This document shows, piece after piece, positions 26,227 to 39,665 of a stretch of DNA of 64,000 nt; the stretch's first letter is position 1, and each line of letters begins with the position of its first letter. Below the pieces are notes generated by a model that did no database searches, was not told the DNA's origin, and saw only the letters and a list, made by a program, of their open reading frames with translations. A program made the translations under genes and the position numbers. This DNA comes from Camelus dromedarius (taxonomy: Eukaryota), in NCBI RefSeq assembly GCF_036321535.1, contig NC_087472.1:98148001-98212000 (forward strand), read 5' to 3'.

Positions 26227-26372
26227 CAGTGCTTCTCAAACTTTAATTTGCAAATGAATCACCTGCGGATCTTGTGACAATGCAGATTCTGAATTGGTAG
26301 GTCTTGGGTGGAGCTCAGGCTCCCAAGTGATGCTGATGCTGCTGGTCTGTGGACCACACTTTGAGTCGCAAA
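26227..26372. mobile_element. MER5-like MITE
   Basis: CAGTGCTTCTCAAACTTTAAT...GAATCACCTG...GGACCACACTTTGAGT. Confidence 0.75.
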
Positions 26373-27969
26373 GGCAGAGAGAGGCCACATCCTTATTGTC
26401 TAGTACTGTTAGAGCTCCTCTTAAAGATGTGAGGTGAGAGTCAAGTTACTGGGCACACTGGAAAGTTACTTTTTCAATTTTATGCAGGCCTCCTTATCCG
26501 TATTGCCTGACTTGATGAATTTTACTGTGCTCTAAAACCTTTAGAGCTGATCCCAAAGAATCATCTTCTCTCAAAGATTTGCTGTCCTCAAGAATATTCT
26601 GCCTAGTATCCTACAGCCTCGGAATGTAATCATAACAGTGGGATTTTGAAAAAGTTTCAAGCAGCAGTAACATCATTAAAAAGAGCACATATTTTTACAT
26701 CAACAATAATCATTTGGATTTTTAAGTTTGGAAGTATTTGCAGAACACAAATAGTCTAACTTTGTAGTCACTTCTCACATAGTACGTAGTCCCTTGGCAT
26801 GCCCATAGTATTTTTCCTCCAGTTTTGAATTTCAGGATAAGACACTTGCTTAAACCCAAAGTGCCAAGAAATCTCACAACAGTTTTTGAAAGCCTCAAAT
26901 CCAGTTGCAGGAGTAGGAGATTTAGCTGTACCAGAAAGCAAGAAACCCATCTAATTTCCTAAATCTTCAGCCACAGAAAACATGGAAAGATGGTTTGCTC
27001 GTTTTAGCAGAGTTTTCAACCACACAGCCCGAACTCTTTGAAAGTTTAATTACTGGTTTTTCCCTGCCAAGATAAACATAGCCTCCAGCGTCCTGTACAT
27101 GCCAAGGTATGTTTCCAGGCTTGCTGCATTTCAAACTGCACCAAGAATCTCCTAAGTACAGGGCTTGGTCCTATATAACTTTCAAGCTAATGAAATAGTA
27201 TGGGCTGGATGAGAAAAATAAAGGAGAATAGTCAAGGGTTCAAAATGCCCAAAATTTTAGAACATCCCTCTCCCCTTTCTAAGACACTTCATTCTCCTCA
27301 TAAGAATATGCTTTTATCATCATATATACTCCCTAGGTACTTCATTAAAATAAATGAATCACAATACCTTTCAAATCTTGGGAGGAAAACCTCTGTTTTC
27401 CTTCCTACTAATTTTTAAATCTAATAGAAAGGCAGAGTTAAATTTTTATTCCACCAGACTCACTGGATTAGAAATGAATTGAATATCATTAAAGGTGCAT
27501 TTTTAAAGACTTTGTGTTTTGTGAGTTAAATTTCATGACTGACTCAGGCAAACATTGACAGAAATCAAACGGAAAGAAATTCCAACATGGTCTGATCACG
27601 ATATAAAGTCTTTCCTCACAAAATAAATGAAAGTATCTGACTATGAATTCATAAATACTCCTTTTGCTAAATGTAATGCATAAAAAACATGTCTGCCCAG
27701 TGCCACCAGATCCTCCAGCCACTCAAAGCCACTTTATACCCACTTCACATCCTGGACTATGCATTTGGTACTTGGGTGTATTTCTTCATTTACCCTCCTA
27801 AAGAAACAGCTTCTTTTCATTTGCACACTCAAGAGAAACTAAGGATGCACCACCTACTAACACAAGCAAACAGCCCTCCACCTGCATCCTGACAAGGTCT
27901 GCCAGAATAAAGCACAAGGAAACGTCACTGCACTCACCCAGTTCCCTGGCCTCCAGCGCCCCCACTTAC

Positions 27970-28087
27970 CCAGAAAGAGGACCGTGCCCAGCACCAGGGT
28001 GCCACCGACGAACACGATCAGGGCGATTTGAGTACCTCTGTTGGCCGTCTTTCCACTCTCCATGCTGCTCCCCGTTTCTGCCTCCAT
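27970..28087 (-). CDS. PHEX: PHEX (M13 family zinc metalloendopeptidase) coding exon 1: cytoplasmic tail and type II transmembrane anchor
   Basis: ATG at 28087 gives [39 protein letters not shown], recognisable as the PHEX N-terminus. 118 coding nt ending at donor G|GTAAGT (phase 1). Confidence 0.97.
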
Positions 28088-28950
28088 CAAGAGAGATGTA
28101 GAGGCCAGGCAAGAAGAAAGTTGCTTTCTGTGGTTTGGTGGCTGGTCTCAAGAGCCTGTTAGGTGTTGACATCCAAGGTTCTCGTGCTCTTCTACTAATA
28201 GACAGGTTAAAAAAGATCCCGTCAGGAAATGTCCTCTCGCCACCCCTTCTCAAATAGTTCTTCACAAATGAAAGAAAAGAAACCCAAAATATTGGTTGCC
28301 TTGGCTTTCCCCCTGACCAGACAAAACAAACAGCGGTTGCTTTATCTTGGTGCTCTCCCCCCAGCAAAGTCCCTCTCAACCAATTGTTTGGCAGCCTCTT
28401 CTCTCAGGCGTTCCGAGTATACATGTTTTACTAGGTTGCTGAACAGATGTTTTAGCGATTTAAATGTATAGTCACTTGGGGAGGAAAAAACAATTGTCTT
28501 TATCAAAACTGGATTCTCGTCAAAATACCCCAAACCATGATAAGTTAGGTGGCAAGGATGCTCCGGACCCACTTCAAGATCAATGAATCACATCATTCTT
28601 TTGCCATAATCATTCTGCTCGCCTGAACTGTCCTCATCAAAGATATTCTTTCAGTGTGTGAGTCCCTTTTTAAAGCCTTCTAAGAGTTCCTGGGATATCC
28701 TGGAGCATTTTATTTTAGGAACTTTGTGTATGACAGCATGTGCCAAAAATCAGTCACAGCCCAGTGCAGTGCAAAGTAGCAATTAAGACAACCTACAGAG
28801 GCTGATGGTTTGGACTGGAACTTTTTTTTAAGGAAGAAGGAAAAGCACTTCCTTTCTGTGGTGCTAAGAATTGTACAAAAGGCAGGAAAGTGTTCAAATT
28901 AAGCTCATTAGCAACCACAAAAGTTACAGTAAAAGGTTTTTCTCTGCACG
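28088..28950 (-). promoter_or_regulatory. PHEX: PHEX 5' UTR and proximal promoter (TSS not determinable, probably about 28650-28750)
   Basis: Repeat-free sequence directly upstream of the ATG with no CpG island. RUNX motifs TGTGGT 28857-28862 and AACCACA 28913-28919; A8 tract (minus strand) 28822-28829; SOX-like AACAAT 28489-28494. Confidence 0.65.
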
Positions 28951-31900
28951 TTTTGATGAAAAGTGCACCCATGTATTTCGTCCTCCAGTCCCACCACTGG
29001 TTAGTATGTTTTTGTTTTTATCAAGCGCCGATTTCAGCAGATTCCCCATGATGAATTCAAAGGTGACTTGTTTCACCGAAAAGACTGATTAATAACTGGG
29101 TCTTTGATTTCTTTGATTATATTAATGATTTAATTATGAAAATCTGCTCTCTCCATGGGGCAGGGCAACCAATATTGCAGTGCTGTTGAAATGAAATAGA
29201 CTTTATTATCCAATCCTACAGATACTAATTCACAAAACAATTACCACCTCCCTGTTTTTGTTTTGCTGGAGGTCATAGGACAGTAGGAGTGGAGCTGGAG
29301 GCTCTGGCTCCTCTAGAAACCAGCAGAGCACTTTTCTCATGCAAAACTTCCGCCGGAGGCCCGGGGGTGGGAGGGTGGTGGTCACACCAAAGCTCAGGGA
29401 CACTGATGAGTCCAGTATGACATGGCCCTGTAACCCACCCTACTTCACTTTCTGCTCATTTCATATTGCCCCCAAGTCAGAAAAGCATAGCCTGTGTCCA
29501 AACTACGACGTCATGGTGTCCCGTAGGACACTGTGTGCTTATTAGCTGCTGATGTTATTTGGTGATTGTTCCGTAACACAGCCCAGCAGGCCTTTGGCTC
29601 CTAGGATGGGATCCTCCCAGGAGTTTTTGGACTTGACTCTGTAATACTTAGACTGTGAGCTCCATGAGGTCAGGAATCATGTCCATCAAGTTCAGTGCTG
29701 CAGCCCCATCACCTACAGTTTGTGGCCCATAACAGTGAAGGGAGAAAGCTGAGAAATGAACATTATACGAGTTAGCCCCAGCCACTGACTCCTAAACGGC
29801 AGCTTCACGACCCTCAGATGCTAGTGTCTGGGGTCTGTCAGCCTCCTAATTCCTTCTAAATGCTTAAACGATAGTGATACTTCACATGGGTATAGCACTT
29901 TCATATCCTATTTTAACCTCCTGGTAAACCTACATACTTGCTAGCAAAGGTATTTCTATCTCTGTTTTACCCCTGAGAACACTGCGACCCCAGGCCTGGC
30001 CTCAGGTGACAGAGGAAAACCAGGAAATGGAAAGATAGCAAAGAGCATCTGCCAGACACAGCATGTCTCCCTGTGCACAAGGGAGACGACATCCACATAA
30101 GCATGACACCAGGGCCCGCTTCTTCCCTCTTTCCTTCCTTCTCCACATCTCCTCACACCTTTCCCGGTCCAGATTGCTATGCAGTGGTGACCATGAGTTG
30201 CCCGCTGGAGTCACCTTCACCCACCTTTAACTGGCGGTTTCCCCAGAGGTGAGGGCAATTGGGTCTTACTCTGAAGTACACCTATCCATCACTTAACCAC
30301 ATGAATTCATTCCTGAATACTCAACTGCTAAGTGAAAAGCCATTAAACCAAAAAATACTTCCATGAATTAATAGGAAATTATGATGCATTCTATCCCAAA
30401 CTAAGATATGCAAATGCAGACAGAAAAAAGTAGTAACTGAACAGTGAAAATAGTCTATTTTAAGATGCTGAAAATAAATACAGTTTGTTGATATCATATA
30501 ATCTAATGAAGGTTTGTTTTACTCACCAAAGGACTAAAGGAAGACTTGAGAGTGGGTGGGGCTTGGCAGAAAAAAGGCTGCAGGTGAGTCATTCATCATC
30601 AGGCACATTCTTCATTCTCTGCCATTTTCTGCATTAATTTTTCAACCTTTTGGGAGATGATGATTATTTTGCACTCAAACTGCACTTAAAAACAAAGTCA
30701 TTTAACACAGAAAAACCCTTTTAGAGCCAAATAAAGAAGTTCCAAGTACAGAGAAATAACGAGCACTCACAAAGGACAAAAGCACACATCTGCAAATGAG
30801 GGCATGTGGCCCACTGCCTGTTTTTATAAATAAAGTTTTATTAGAACAAAGTCATGTCCATTTGTTTATGTATGATCTATGATTGCTTTCAGGCTCCGAA
30901 GTCAAAGTTGAGTAGTCTCCTGATACAGATATTATGCAAAACTTAGAATATTTTCCCTCTGGCCCTTTACAGAAGTTCACCAACCCCTGGACTAACAAGC
31001 AATACAAGATGCTGCCTCTTCATCCCACAGACATGAAGAAAAACGTTCATCCACACTCGACCTGCTTCTCAAAATCATTCCATTCAATGTTCTCTAAATA
31101 CAAGCTGGTGTGTCAGGGAAATTCATCCACATGTCTTTGCCTGAAACTGCAATATTCAAACTACAGCATATTATTTAGTGTGTTTTGAGGTGAAAAGTCA
31201 TTATTGTGGTATAAAGAGGGGAGGGGTTGTCGAAAATTTTTAAATACTTTTTCAAGAGCTGTAATAAGTTATGTGAAAAGTCACTGGGCACATAAGCCTA
31301 TTCAGTCTGTTGTGCACCCACTCAACTGTTTCAATTAAGAAGCTCCAGGACAATCATGAACCTTGACTGGACTCAATGAATGAGTCAACAAAAGCTTCTT
31401 GAACTTTGCTCGGATGCCTGGCCCTGTGCAAGGCCTGAGGGAAGACGAAGAAGCTCTGTGCCTGAGATGCGGGACTGGTGAACTGGGCTTGGACAGGAAA
31501 CTATGCAAAGCCCTTGGCCACTTAGTGAAATACTAAAAGCCAGTAAGTGTCCAGAGAAAGAGAAATCCCTGGGTGGTAGATTTGTTGGGAAGACTTCCAG
31601 AAGGAGGACCTGCAAGAATGGATAGCTTGTGGGAAAAAAAGGGAAGGGTTCTGGACAGGTCAAACCCAGCCTCGAGATGGGGCCTGCCTGGGCATGTACG
31701 TCTCCACCTGCAGGACTCATCAGTGAGATGACTGATCCAAAACAAGTGAATCCTGCCACCTCAGCCCAACTCCAGGACAGGGGGGACAACTGAAGGCGAG
31801 CCTTTGTGCTAGACACGAGTGCATCTGGTCATTACTTGGATGTTCGGGGGCTTCTGTTTCTGGCAATAAAATCCCACATGGGCCACAATTTCAGTAAGAA

Positions 31901-32699
31901 ATAAGGAAATGATTCAAATCCTGAAAAATGTATTCATCCGTCCCCTGGAAGAAGGACAGAGAGAGTGAAGGGAAGCAATGGAGAGAGACGCTAAACGCTG
32001 ACAAGTCAGAGCTGGGAGCTGTGGTGGGGCTCTGTTACCTGTTGACTGGTCTTTCAGCCTCTGGAGGGTTCGAGTCTCGGCCCTTCCACTAATGAGACTC
32101 ATCACTTACACTATATCTGATCTGTTCAAATATCTTTCTTAGCTAGGTGTTCTCTCTCCTTATACAGATGAGGATACTGAAGTTTGGCGCTGTTAAGTGA
32201 TTTGGCCAAGGTCACAGAGCAGGTATTTGTCTTAAGGCCTGATGAGTTTCAAATTCAACCCCCTTTTCTCTGTGCCATGTTACTTGATAAATTTGTTTAT
32301 CTACCTCAGGTAATTAGCAGAGGTAGGTATAGCATGTCAAAATTACACCTGAACAGAGAAAAAGCGATAAACTATGCTTCCTCTAATTCTCTTGTTGAAA
32401 AGACTAATTATCAGGTTTTATCTCCTTAACAGGAACAGCAGCCATCATTTAATATGGGGGGGAAAAAAGTTTTTTCAGTTTGGAGACAAAAATAGCAATA
32501 CATAAAATATCTCCCAAGTTGCTTCTGCTAGTACTGAGCATTAAGAAAGATGTAAACATTTGAAAGGTTATCTATCCACAATTGTACTTGTTTACTTCTG
32601 AGCCTAGAGGGGAATTCTACCCCCGAGTTTTCTCACCGCCTGGGCCAGACAGCTACTATGCCTTCAGTATGGCCTCCCCTTAGAGTATTATCACCAATC

Positions 32700-33240
32700 C
32701 TTACAGCAGTTCTATGATAAGAATCTTTTGCCATGTTTTAAACAGATATGATGACAGAGGGACAGGCTTTGAAAGAAGGGTTCATTGCTCACAGTTTTCA
32801 AGAGGCAGGGGCACGCCATGTCACACAGGGCCACATGGGAAGCACCAGGGATGGTCAGGTGGCAGGAGTGAGGGGAAAGTACAGGCAAAAGCTTTCATTG
32901 TAGTTTTCAAGAGAAGTGGGCAAGGCAGGGTAAGCAACTGGGCAGGCTTAGGATCGGAATCATGTCAGCAGGCTCTGGTCTATAAGAGTGGTCTCTAGTT
33001 GTCCAGTACCTGGCCCTGGGGTGATTAGGGCAGGGGGGATAGTGTCCTGGACTGCCCGAGCCTGATAAAAGGACGCAGGTGCGGGACATGGACTTGGGAT
33101 TGGTTGGTCTGCATTTCAGAGGCACTGTGGAAGGCAAGTCACTCATTCTCTCTAGGAATTAGCAACCCTTGGAGGGGCAGTCCCTCCCTGGGTCCAAAAG
33201 GCCTCAAGATGTCAAAAACTCATAAAATAAAAAACACAAT
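32700..33240 (-). mobile_element. ERVL-class LTR-like element; a related element lies at about 34105-34650
   Basis: Both carry G(T/G)TT(T/C)ATT(C/G)CTCACAG...GCACG/ACC...GGGCCAC text typical of old LTRs read antisense. Subfamily not determined. Confidence 0.5.
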
Positions 33241-33454
33241 TACCAGCTGCAAAACCCATAAGCTCTTTTCCAAAGCATACTTCTATTAGAATGTAATAAC
33301 TATTCCTGTAAGCTAGTGCTTACAGGCTACATCCTCAAACTGATCAGACCCACCCTGACCCCTCAGTTAGACTACTAACCTACAGAAGTCACAGCCAACT
33401 GTTCAAGGATGGCTTATGCAGATGTTTATGAAGGGAAGGGGCATATAGAAAAGT

Positions 33455-33640
33455 AATCTCAAATGTGAGTGGTCAGGCACCAGAATCTTCGAGAGGGCTG
33501 GTTAAACACAGACCACTGGGTTCTAACCCTCGGGTGTCTGATCCAGTAGGTCTGGGTTGGTCGGAAATTTGCATTTCTAAAAAACTCCCAGGTGATGCTA
33601 ACACCACTGGCCTGAGGACCACATTTTAAGAACCACTGGC
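33455..33640. mobile_element. MER5A-like MITE
   Basis: TCTCAAATGTGAGTG...CAGTAGGTCTGGG...CCCAGGTGATGCT...TTTAAGAACCACTG. Confidence 0.75.
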
Positions 33641-33783
33641 TTAGAGAAACTATTGACTATAGCGTAGCAAGGTAAACTCAAGACCTAACAAATCTAAACA
33701 TTAAACGTATGTAGTGAAACCAGGGATGACATTCAAAATATTTAACCAAAAAAAAAAAAGCCAATAAAGTATTTTTAAAATGT

Positions 33784-34035
33784 GGGTAGGGTAATAGCTC
33801 AGTGGTTGAATGCATGCTTAGCATACACAAGGTCCTGGGTTCAATCCCCAGCACCTCCATTAAAAAAATAATAAAATAAAATAAATTTTATATATATATT
33901 TAGAGGGGAGGGTACAGCTCAATGGTCGAGTGCATGCTTAGTATGCATGAGGTCCTAGGTTCAATCCCCAGTACCTCCATAAAAAAAATGTAATAATAAT
34001 AAATTAAGAAACCTAATCCCCCCCCAAACAATAAA
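33784..34035 (+). mobile_element. Two tandem tRNA-derived SINEs (about 33784-33885 and 33904-34035)
   Basis: Two consecutive TAGCTCAGTGG/CAGCTCAATGG...GGTTCAATCCCCAG heads with A-rich tails. Confidence 0.88.
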
Positions 34036-34767
34036 TATTTATATATTTAACAATCAGTATGGCATGGTACTGACCAGGGTACTGGGACTAGTCTCAGGGA
34101 CCCCTGCTGTGGCAAGGCGGTTACAACTATGTTAAATTCACACTTGTGAAGTGGAGCTCAGGGTGCCAGATGGTGAGCCTGGTTCAACAAAAGACTGCAA
34201 GAGAAATGGAAACGGAGTTTATTCCTCACAGGTCCTGGAGGACATGCACGGCACACCTCGAGGGGCCACCTGGGGAGGTGAATGCAGAGAGGCAGGACCT
34301 GGTGCAGGTACCTTTCTTAGGACCCTCAGGTGGAGTGCTCTGGAGTTACTGAGCTAAGGCCAGAGTGGTCAATTCCATCCAAAAGGAGCAGGGCTGGTAA
34401 GCTCCACAAGGGTCTTATCTAAGGGGCGCACCAGGGGCCGGCCCTGGGAGGCGGGGAGACTGTTCATCGCAAGGGCTGCCCTTGGAGGGGCAGTTGCATC
34501 AGGAACTCCCATTTGCTTGTGCAGAGTGCGGGCTGTTACCTAGGGCGCATGCCTGCACGAGGGGTGGCTGTCAGTTTCAGGCCCCCACAGGCTGCCTGGC
34601 CAAACAAAAGCGCAGCGCCATGGAGTAGCTCAGCTAAGCGCTCGCTGCCAGCACTACGTCGTATGTTTTGTTACCCATAGATATACCTGTACATGCTTTC
34701 TATTTTTTTTAAATTCTCATTCAGGGCTGTCTATGCCCGTGGGAGGTATTCGGTGCAAATTTGCTAG

Positions 34768-34880
34768 AGGAGAGGAGGAATGGGATAGAAAAGAAAGGAA
34801 AAGGAGGGGTAAGAGGAAGGGAGTGGAGGAGAGGGGAGGGAAGGGGAAGGGAGAGAAGAGGAGAAGGGAAGGGGAGAGGG
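34768..34880. repeat. Polypurine (GA-rich) low-complexity tract
   Basis: Almost exclusively G/A (GGGA/GGAA/GAGG motifs). Confidence 0.85.
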
Positions 34881-37800
34881 CCAATGCAATGGAAGGGATT
34901 GAGGGCTAGGGGAGCAGCTACTTTCTAAGCAGCATAGAATTATTTCATTATTTTAAGACTCAGCATAGCCACACACTTGCTTACCAACAGAACATGAGCC
35001 TGGTGGCTCCCTTCCTCATCCGTGATCTTCAAGTCACATCAACTCCCACTCTTCTCCAACACCAGATGCAGAGATTAAATCTGCCAAAGCCAATCCTAAT
35101 GGTTTTCTCTCTGCCCAAAGGGTTTATCAAAATGGTGCCTGTCCTTCATATCCGGAATACAGAAAGAACATGTACAAAGCAGTAAAACAGGTCACCTAAT
35201 GGAAAAAGTGGACCAAAGACTTGAAAAGACACTTCAAAAAGAAGTTATCCAAGTGACCAATAAACATACAAAGAGATGCTCAAACTCATTAGTCACTGAG
35301 GAAACGCAAATTAAACAACGTCCCCTCTTCTCTGGTCTCTTCACCACAGACTCGGTCGTCCTCCAATCCTAGTTGGGTGTGTTCCCAATTGGTAGTAAAG
35401 TGTGAATATATACCTGTCTGCTTCCTCTCATCTTTGAGGTGCTTGGCTGAGATCACAATCTGGATACTTTTTTTACCCCTGGGACTGGAGGAAGAAAGCA
35501 TTTAACACTGCAGGATGAATGCAGCTGAAATCCCAATGAGATGACAGAAGTCAGCCTGAAAGGCTAGGTTTGGAATGTGATTTTGCAGCCAGAAAAAGAG
35601 CAAGGAATTGAGAGGAGCAATAACGGACCCTTTCTCTGAAGTTACTAGACATGATCAAGGACAAAAGAGATCATTTCTTTCAAGATAGTGGCCGACGTAA
35701 CTTGTTCACATCTCTTCTACCATAACTCGCCATTGGATTTCTTAATATCAAGTGCTCTCTGGGTGCACAGAGCCTGTTTTTTTTTTTTTTTTAATCAAAT
35801 GAAGACACAGCCCTGTTCTCTAGAATTTCTGTCAATAGAATACTCATTGGAAAAGAAGAAGAAAAAAAAGGATGGGTGCACATTAAATAGGGTATCTTCT
35901 AAAAATGGAGGAAGGGAACTAAGATTTTCAGATTTCAACTGATTCTTTTCACTTTCATAATGCATTTGAAAGGTTTGTACTCTAAAAGGAGCTCCGTTTG
36001 ACACAACATAATATTTGCCATTATCTTTCCAAACACGAGTACTTACTGTTCATATTTTTAAAAAATTACAATACAGTTCCTCAAGCTCATTTTTACATGG
36101 TGAGAACAGAGTACCAATGCAGGTCTATCCACATATCATCTCAAGCTGGAAACCATGCTTATAAACTGCTAAACACACTCTAACCCCCTAATTTGTAAAT
36201 ACACTTCTTACCCACCTGGAAGGCCAGGTTCCAATTCAAAGTTCTCAGACTCTGTGAAGTTCCATGCAAAACCATGTCAGCATCCCCTTTTCTCCACTCA
36301 CACCCCCACCACCAGCAGCCCCTCAGCGTGGGCAGTAGGCAGTGGGCAGTCTTCCAACAGGCTGTGGTTTGTTAAACTGAGAAAGAGACCCCCAGGAGCC
36401 CTGGAAGTGGGCGCTGAGCAGTTGAACAGGAAGTTTCCAGTCTTAGGAATACAAACTGTGTTCTGGGAGGGACACAGGCACATCCCCTTGGCACCTCAGA
36501 CCCCTCCCTGGTGGTGAGGGGCACGGCTGGAGGAGAGCCTGAGTGAAGCCCTCCTGAACCCAGGCCCCAGGGCAGGATCCTCCTTGACCACTTCTCAGGG
36601 CAAAACTGTAGCCCTAGTCGCACAGCTTACAATTTAAAGCCTTTCACATTCAACCTATCCAAATAGATTTAAACTATGAGAAGTTTTTTTAAAAGAGAAA
36701 TACAGACCTCAGGTGTTGGGGATGAGCTCCACTGCAACTAAGGGCTGTGACAGCTCAAACCAAAAGGAAAAGATCCCAGGCGTTCTTAAATAATCCACAC
36801 AAGTTCATTTGTTTAAGGAGACAATGTTCTTCAAAGTGTCGAATTCCAGGAACATTTTGTCATATTAGTATTGTATATAATTCATCAGGTGATATATGAA
36901 TTTTAAAAATCTAATACATTATCCAAACAGTAAAGACCATTTGTCTTCCTAAGGAGGTGATAAATACTACATTACACAACAGACTGCCTCACTGATATTA
37001 TTAGCCATGAATTCCATTTGGAGTTTACTGCTCATCTCAAAGGCTTAGCATTATTTAACTGAAATAACCCCCAATCGTAACTACTCAGACAATCGATTCT
37101 GTTGAATCACTGATGTTCCTGTAATGGTGAAAAGGCTGGATTATTTTTGTTAGAAGCTGGCACACCACGTCCTGTGGCATGGTATAATTAAGAACAACTG
37201 TTTACTTTTTCTTAAATTCAACACCCCTCACCCCCACCTCAAAAGCTAGACATTAAAGTACTAAATATAATGATCTCGGTAAACCAAATTGCTATGTTCC
37301 TGGCAGCCCTTCCCTGCTGTTTCCCTTAAACATTTCTATCTGAAATGATGAAGGAAGAAAAAAAAACAGAAACCTGGAAAATATACAGCTAACCCTTCAC
37401 TGTATCGTCCACCTAACCATCAGAGTTTCCGCTCCAGTGCTGAAAAAGACTCCCTCCCTCCTTCCTCTGTCCCTCGTTGGCCATTTTAGATTGTTACTTG
37501 CACTGTTTCAAATGTCCATGGAGCACACCATGCAGGATCATGAGACACCAGCCCATTATTTTATGTCTATGAGTTAGTCCCCCAAGTAGACTGGGGGACA
37601 TTTCTGAGGGCCTGCAGTCATCTTGGTTTGCTTGGTACCTTGCCAGGGCCTGACACATGGAAGCATCTGTAATGTCATTGAAGAAACACATGATCACCTT
37701 GTGGCCTTCATGAACTATGTAGTGTTGAGACTTATTCTGGCATAAAGAATATCAGAATCAGTTCCCCACAGAAGTGAATGAACCCAGTGCATGACCCCTG

Positions 37801-39034
37801 AAGTGTAGACTCTAAAAATTAGAAAGTCTAGATAGAAGATCCAGAATGAAATCTGGTTGATTTCATTCAAATCCCACCAGATAGGGAATGACATACAGAG
37901 AACTCCCAGAACTTAGTGGCAAAGACAGGACTGACGAGGCATGCCCTTGTGAGATCTTTTTTAAGATGCACTTTGTTTTAATTACATTTTACAACCATCA
38001 GGAGACTAGCTTTGGCTATGATTTGAGAAACTGTACAACGTTGCACTTAATCCAAGGTTATTTTTTAGAGGTGAAATTGAAAAGACATCAGATTCTGGAA
38101 ATGCTTCAAAGGGAATCACTCTGGCACTGGAATAAGTAACCAACACAATATAGCAGCTGACGCCTTTCCTCTCCTCTCCGTTCAGCTCTCCTCTTCTAAG
38201 TGTCTTAACACTGTGCGAGGCCTCTGATCACTTTGGGGAATAGAAGGGTTATAAAGCATGAATAAAGACAGATAACCATGTGGGTTTTGTGCTCAGCTAA
38301 GCAGAATTTTGTGATCATTACTAACCAAGTCATGTTTCTTTGTTAAGGTGGGTCCTGGCTTAGTGCATTTTACTAGCATCTGAATTGTTCCCAAGATACA
38401 GTTTTACTATTATTTTTTTTTTGGTGGATTTCATATGCTGAAGTGTTTTGTCCACAAACTTAATAATCTCAGGTATAACTACCACATTTGGTAAAATATT
38501 TTATTCAGAGCACCTTCGGTAATTTGTTACAATGCAGTTAGTTAGCCTATGAGAACCAATCGTACATAACTTAGCTGTTAAATGTTTAAATTTAATGTTT
38601 AAAAATAAATTATATAGTGGGCCATCAGGAAAAATTTCATCTAGACTGTGATCAACATATTTTTCCTTTCTGTAATATTCTAGAATAAAATATAATCCAT
38701 TGGCATTCTATGGCCATCTGTGTATCTTTTTAAAGTACATTTTTGGCATAGCCCCAACTATCACTTTCTCAAAGTCCAAAAACACCGTTAGACCCAGAAA
38801 CAGGCCCATGAATAAATGAATAACTTAATGTAGGACAACAAATGCATTTCAAATCATTGGGGAATGAATGGACAATTTGATCAAGGGTATTGGGACAAGT
38901 GATGATCACCACGGAAATAAATACCCTCACAATTCATAGCACACCAAAAACAAAGACAAAAAATCCTCCTCACAGCCTACCAAAAAAAGGAGTGGGATCA
39001 TGAAATGCCAGATCATGAAAGACCTAGCTATGAA

Positions 39035-39260
39035 GAGACAGACTGGGATTTCAAAATTGTAGAATAGATAAACAAGATTATACTGTATAGCACAGGGAAA
39101 TATACACAAGATCTTATGGTAGCCCATGGAGAAAAAAATGTGACAATGAATATATACATGTTCATGTATAACTGAAAAATTGTGCTCTACACTGGAATTT
39201 GACACAACATTGTAAAATGATTATAAATCAATAAAAAAAGTTAAAAAAAAAAAAAAAGAC
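39035..39260 (+). mobile_element. LINE-1 3' UTR fragment, same family as 40965-42023
   Basis: Highly similar to the reverse complement of 40983-41190; poly(A) tail; TSD AGACCTAG(C/T)TATGAA at 39020-39034 and 39261-39275. Confidence 0.9.
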
Positions 39261-39526
39261 AGACCTAGTTATGAAAAGCACAAGTGTAAAATACTGGGCG
39301 GGGGGGCAGGAATTGTGTCTGTGTGTGTGTGTGAAAATCAGGCCAGGGAAAGGTTTCTAAAATAAAACACAATAAACAGAAATCATAAAGGAAGCAGACT
39401 GACAAATCTGACTACATTAAAATAAAAAATTCCTGTGCATCAAAAATATCATTAATAAATGAAAAGACAAAGCATAGCCAAAACTAGTCTCCTGATGAGT
39501 ATAAAATGTAATTAAAACAATGTGCA

Positions 39527-39665
39527 GGGGGTGGGTATAGATCAGTGGTAGAGTGTGTGCCTAGCATGCGCAAGGTCCTGGGTTCAATCCCCAGTACCTC
39601 CATTAAAATAAATAAAAATCTAATTACCTCCCACCAAAAAATTAAAAAAAAAAAAAAAAACCAAA
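39527..39665 (+). mobile_element. tRNA-derived SINE
   Basis: A/B boxes, CTAATTACCTCCC tail, poly(A); degenerate TSD AAAACAATGTGCA / AAAACGAAGTGCA. Confidence 0.88.

Noticed and set aside
27540..27546. AP-1 motif TGACTCA in PHEX intron 1 (another at 30585-30591)
   Set aside because: Isolated 7-mers occur by chance at this frequency; no supporting evidence.
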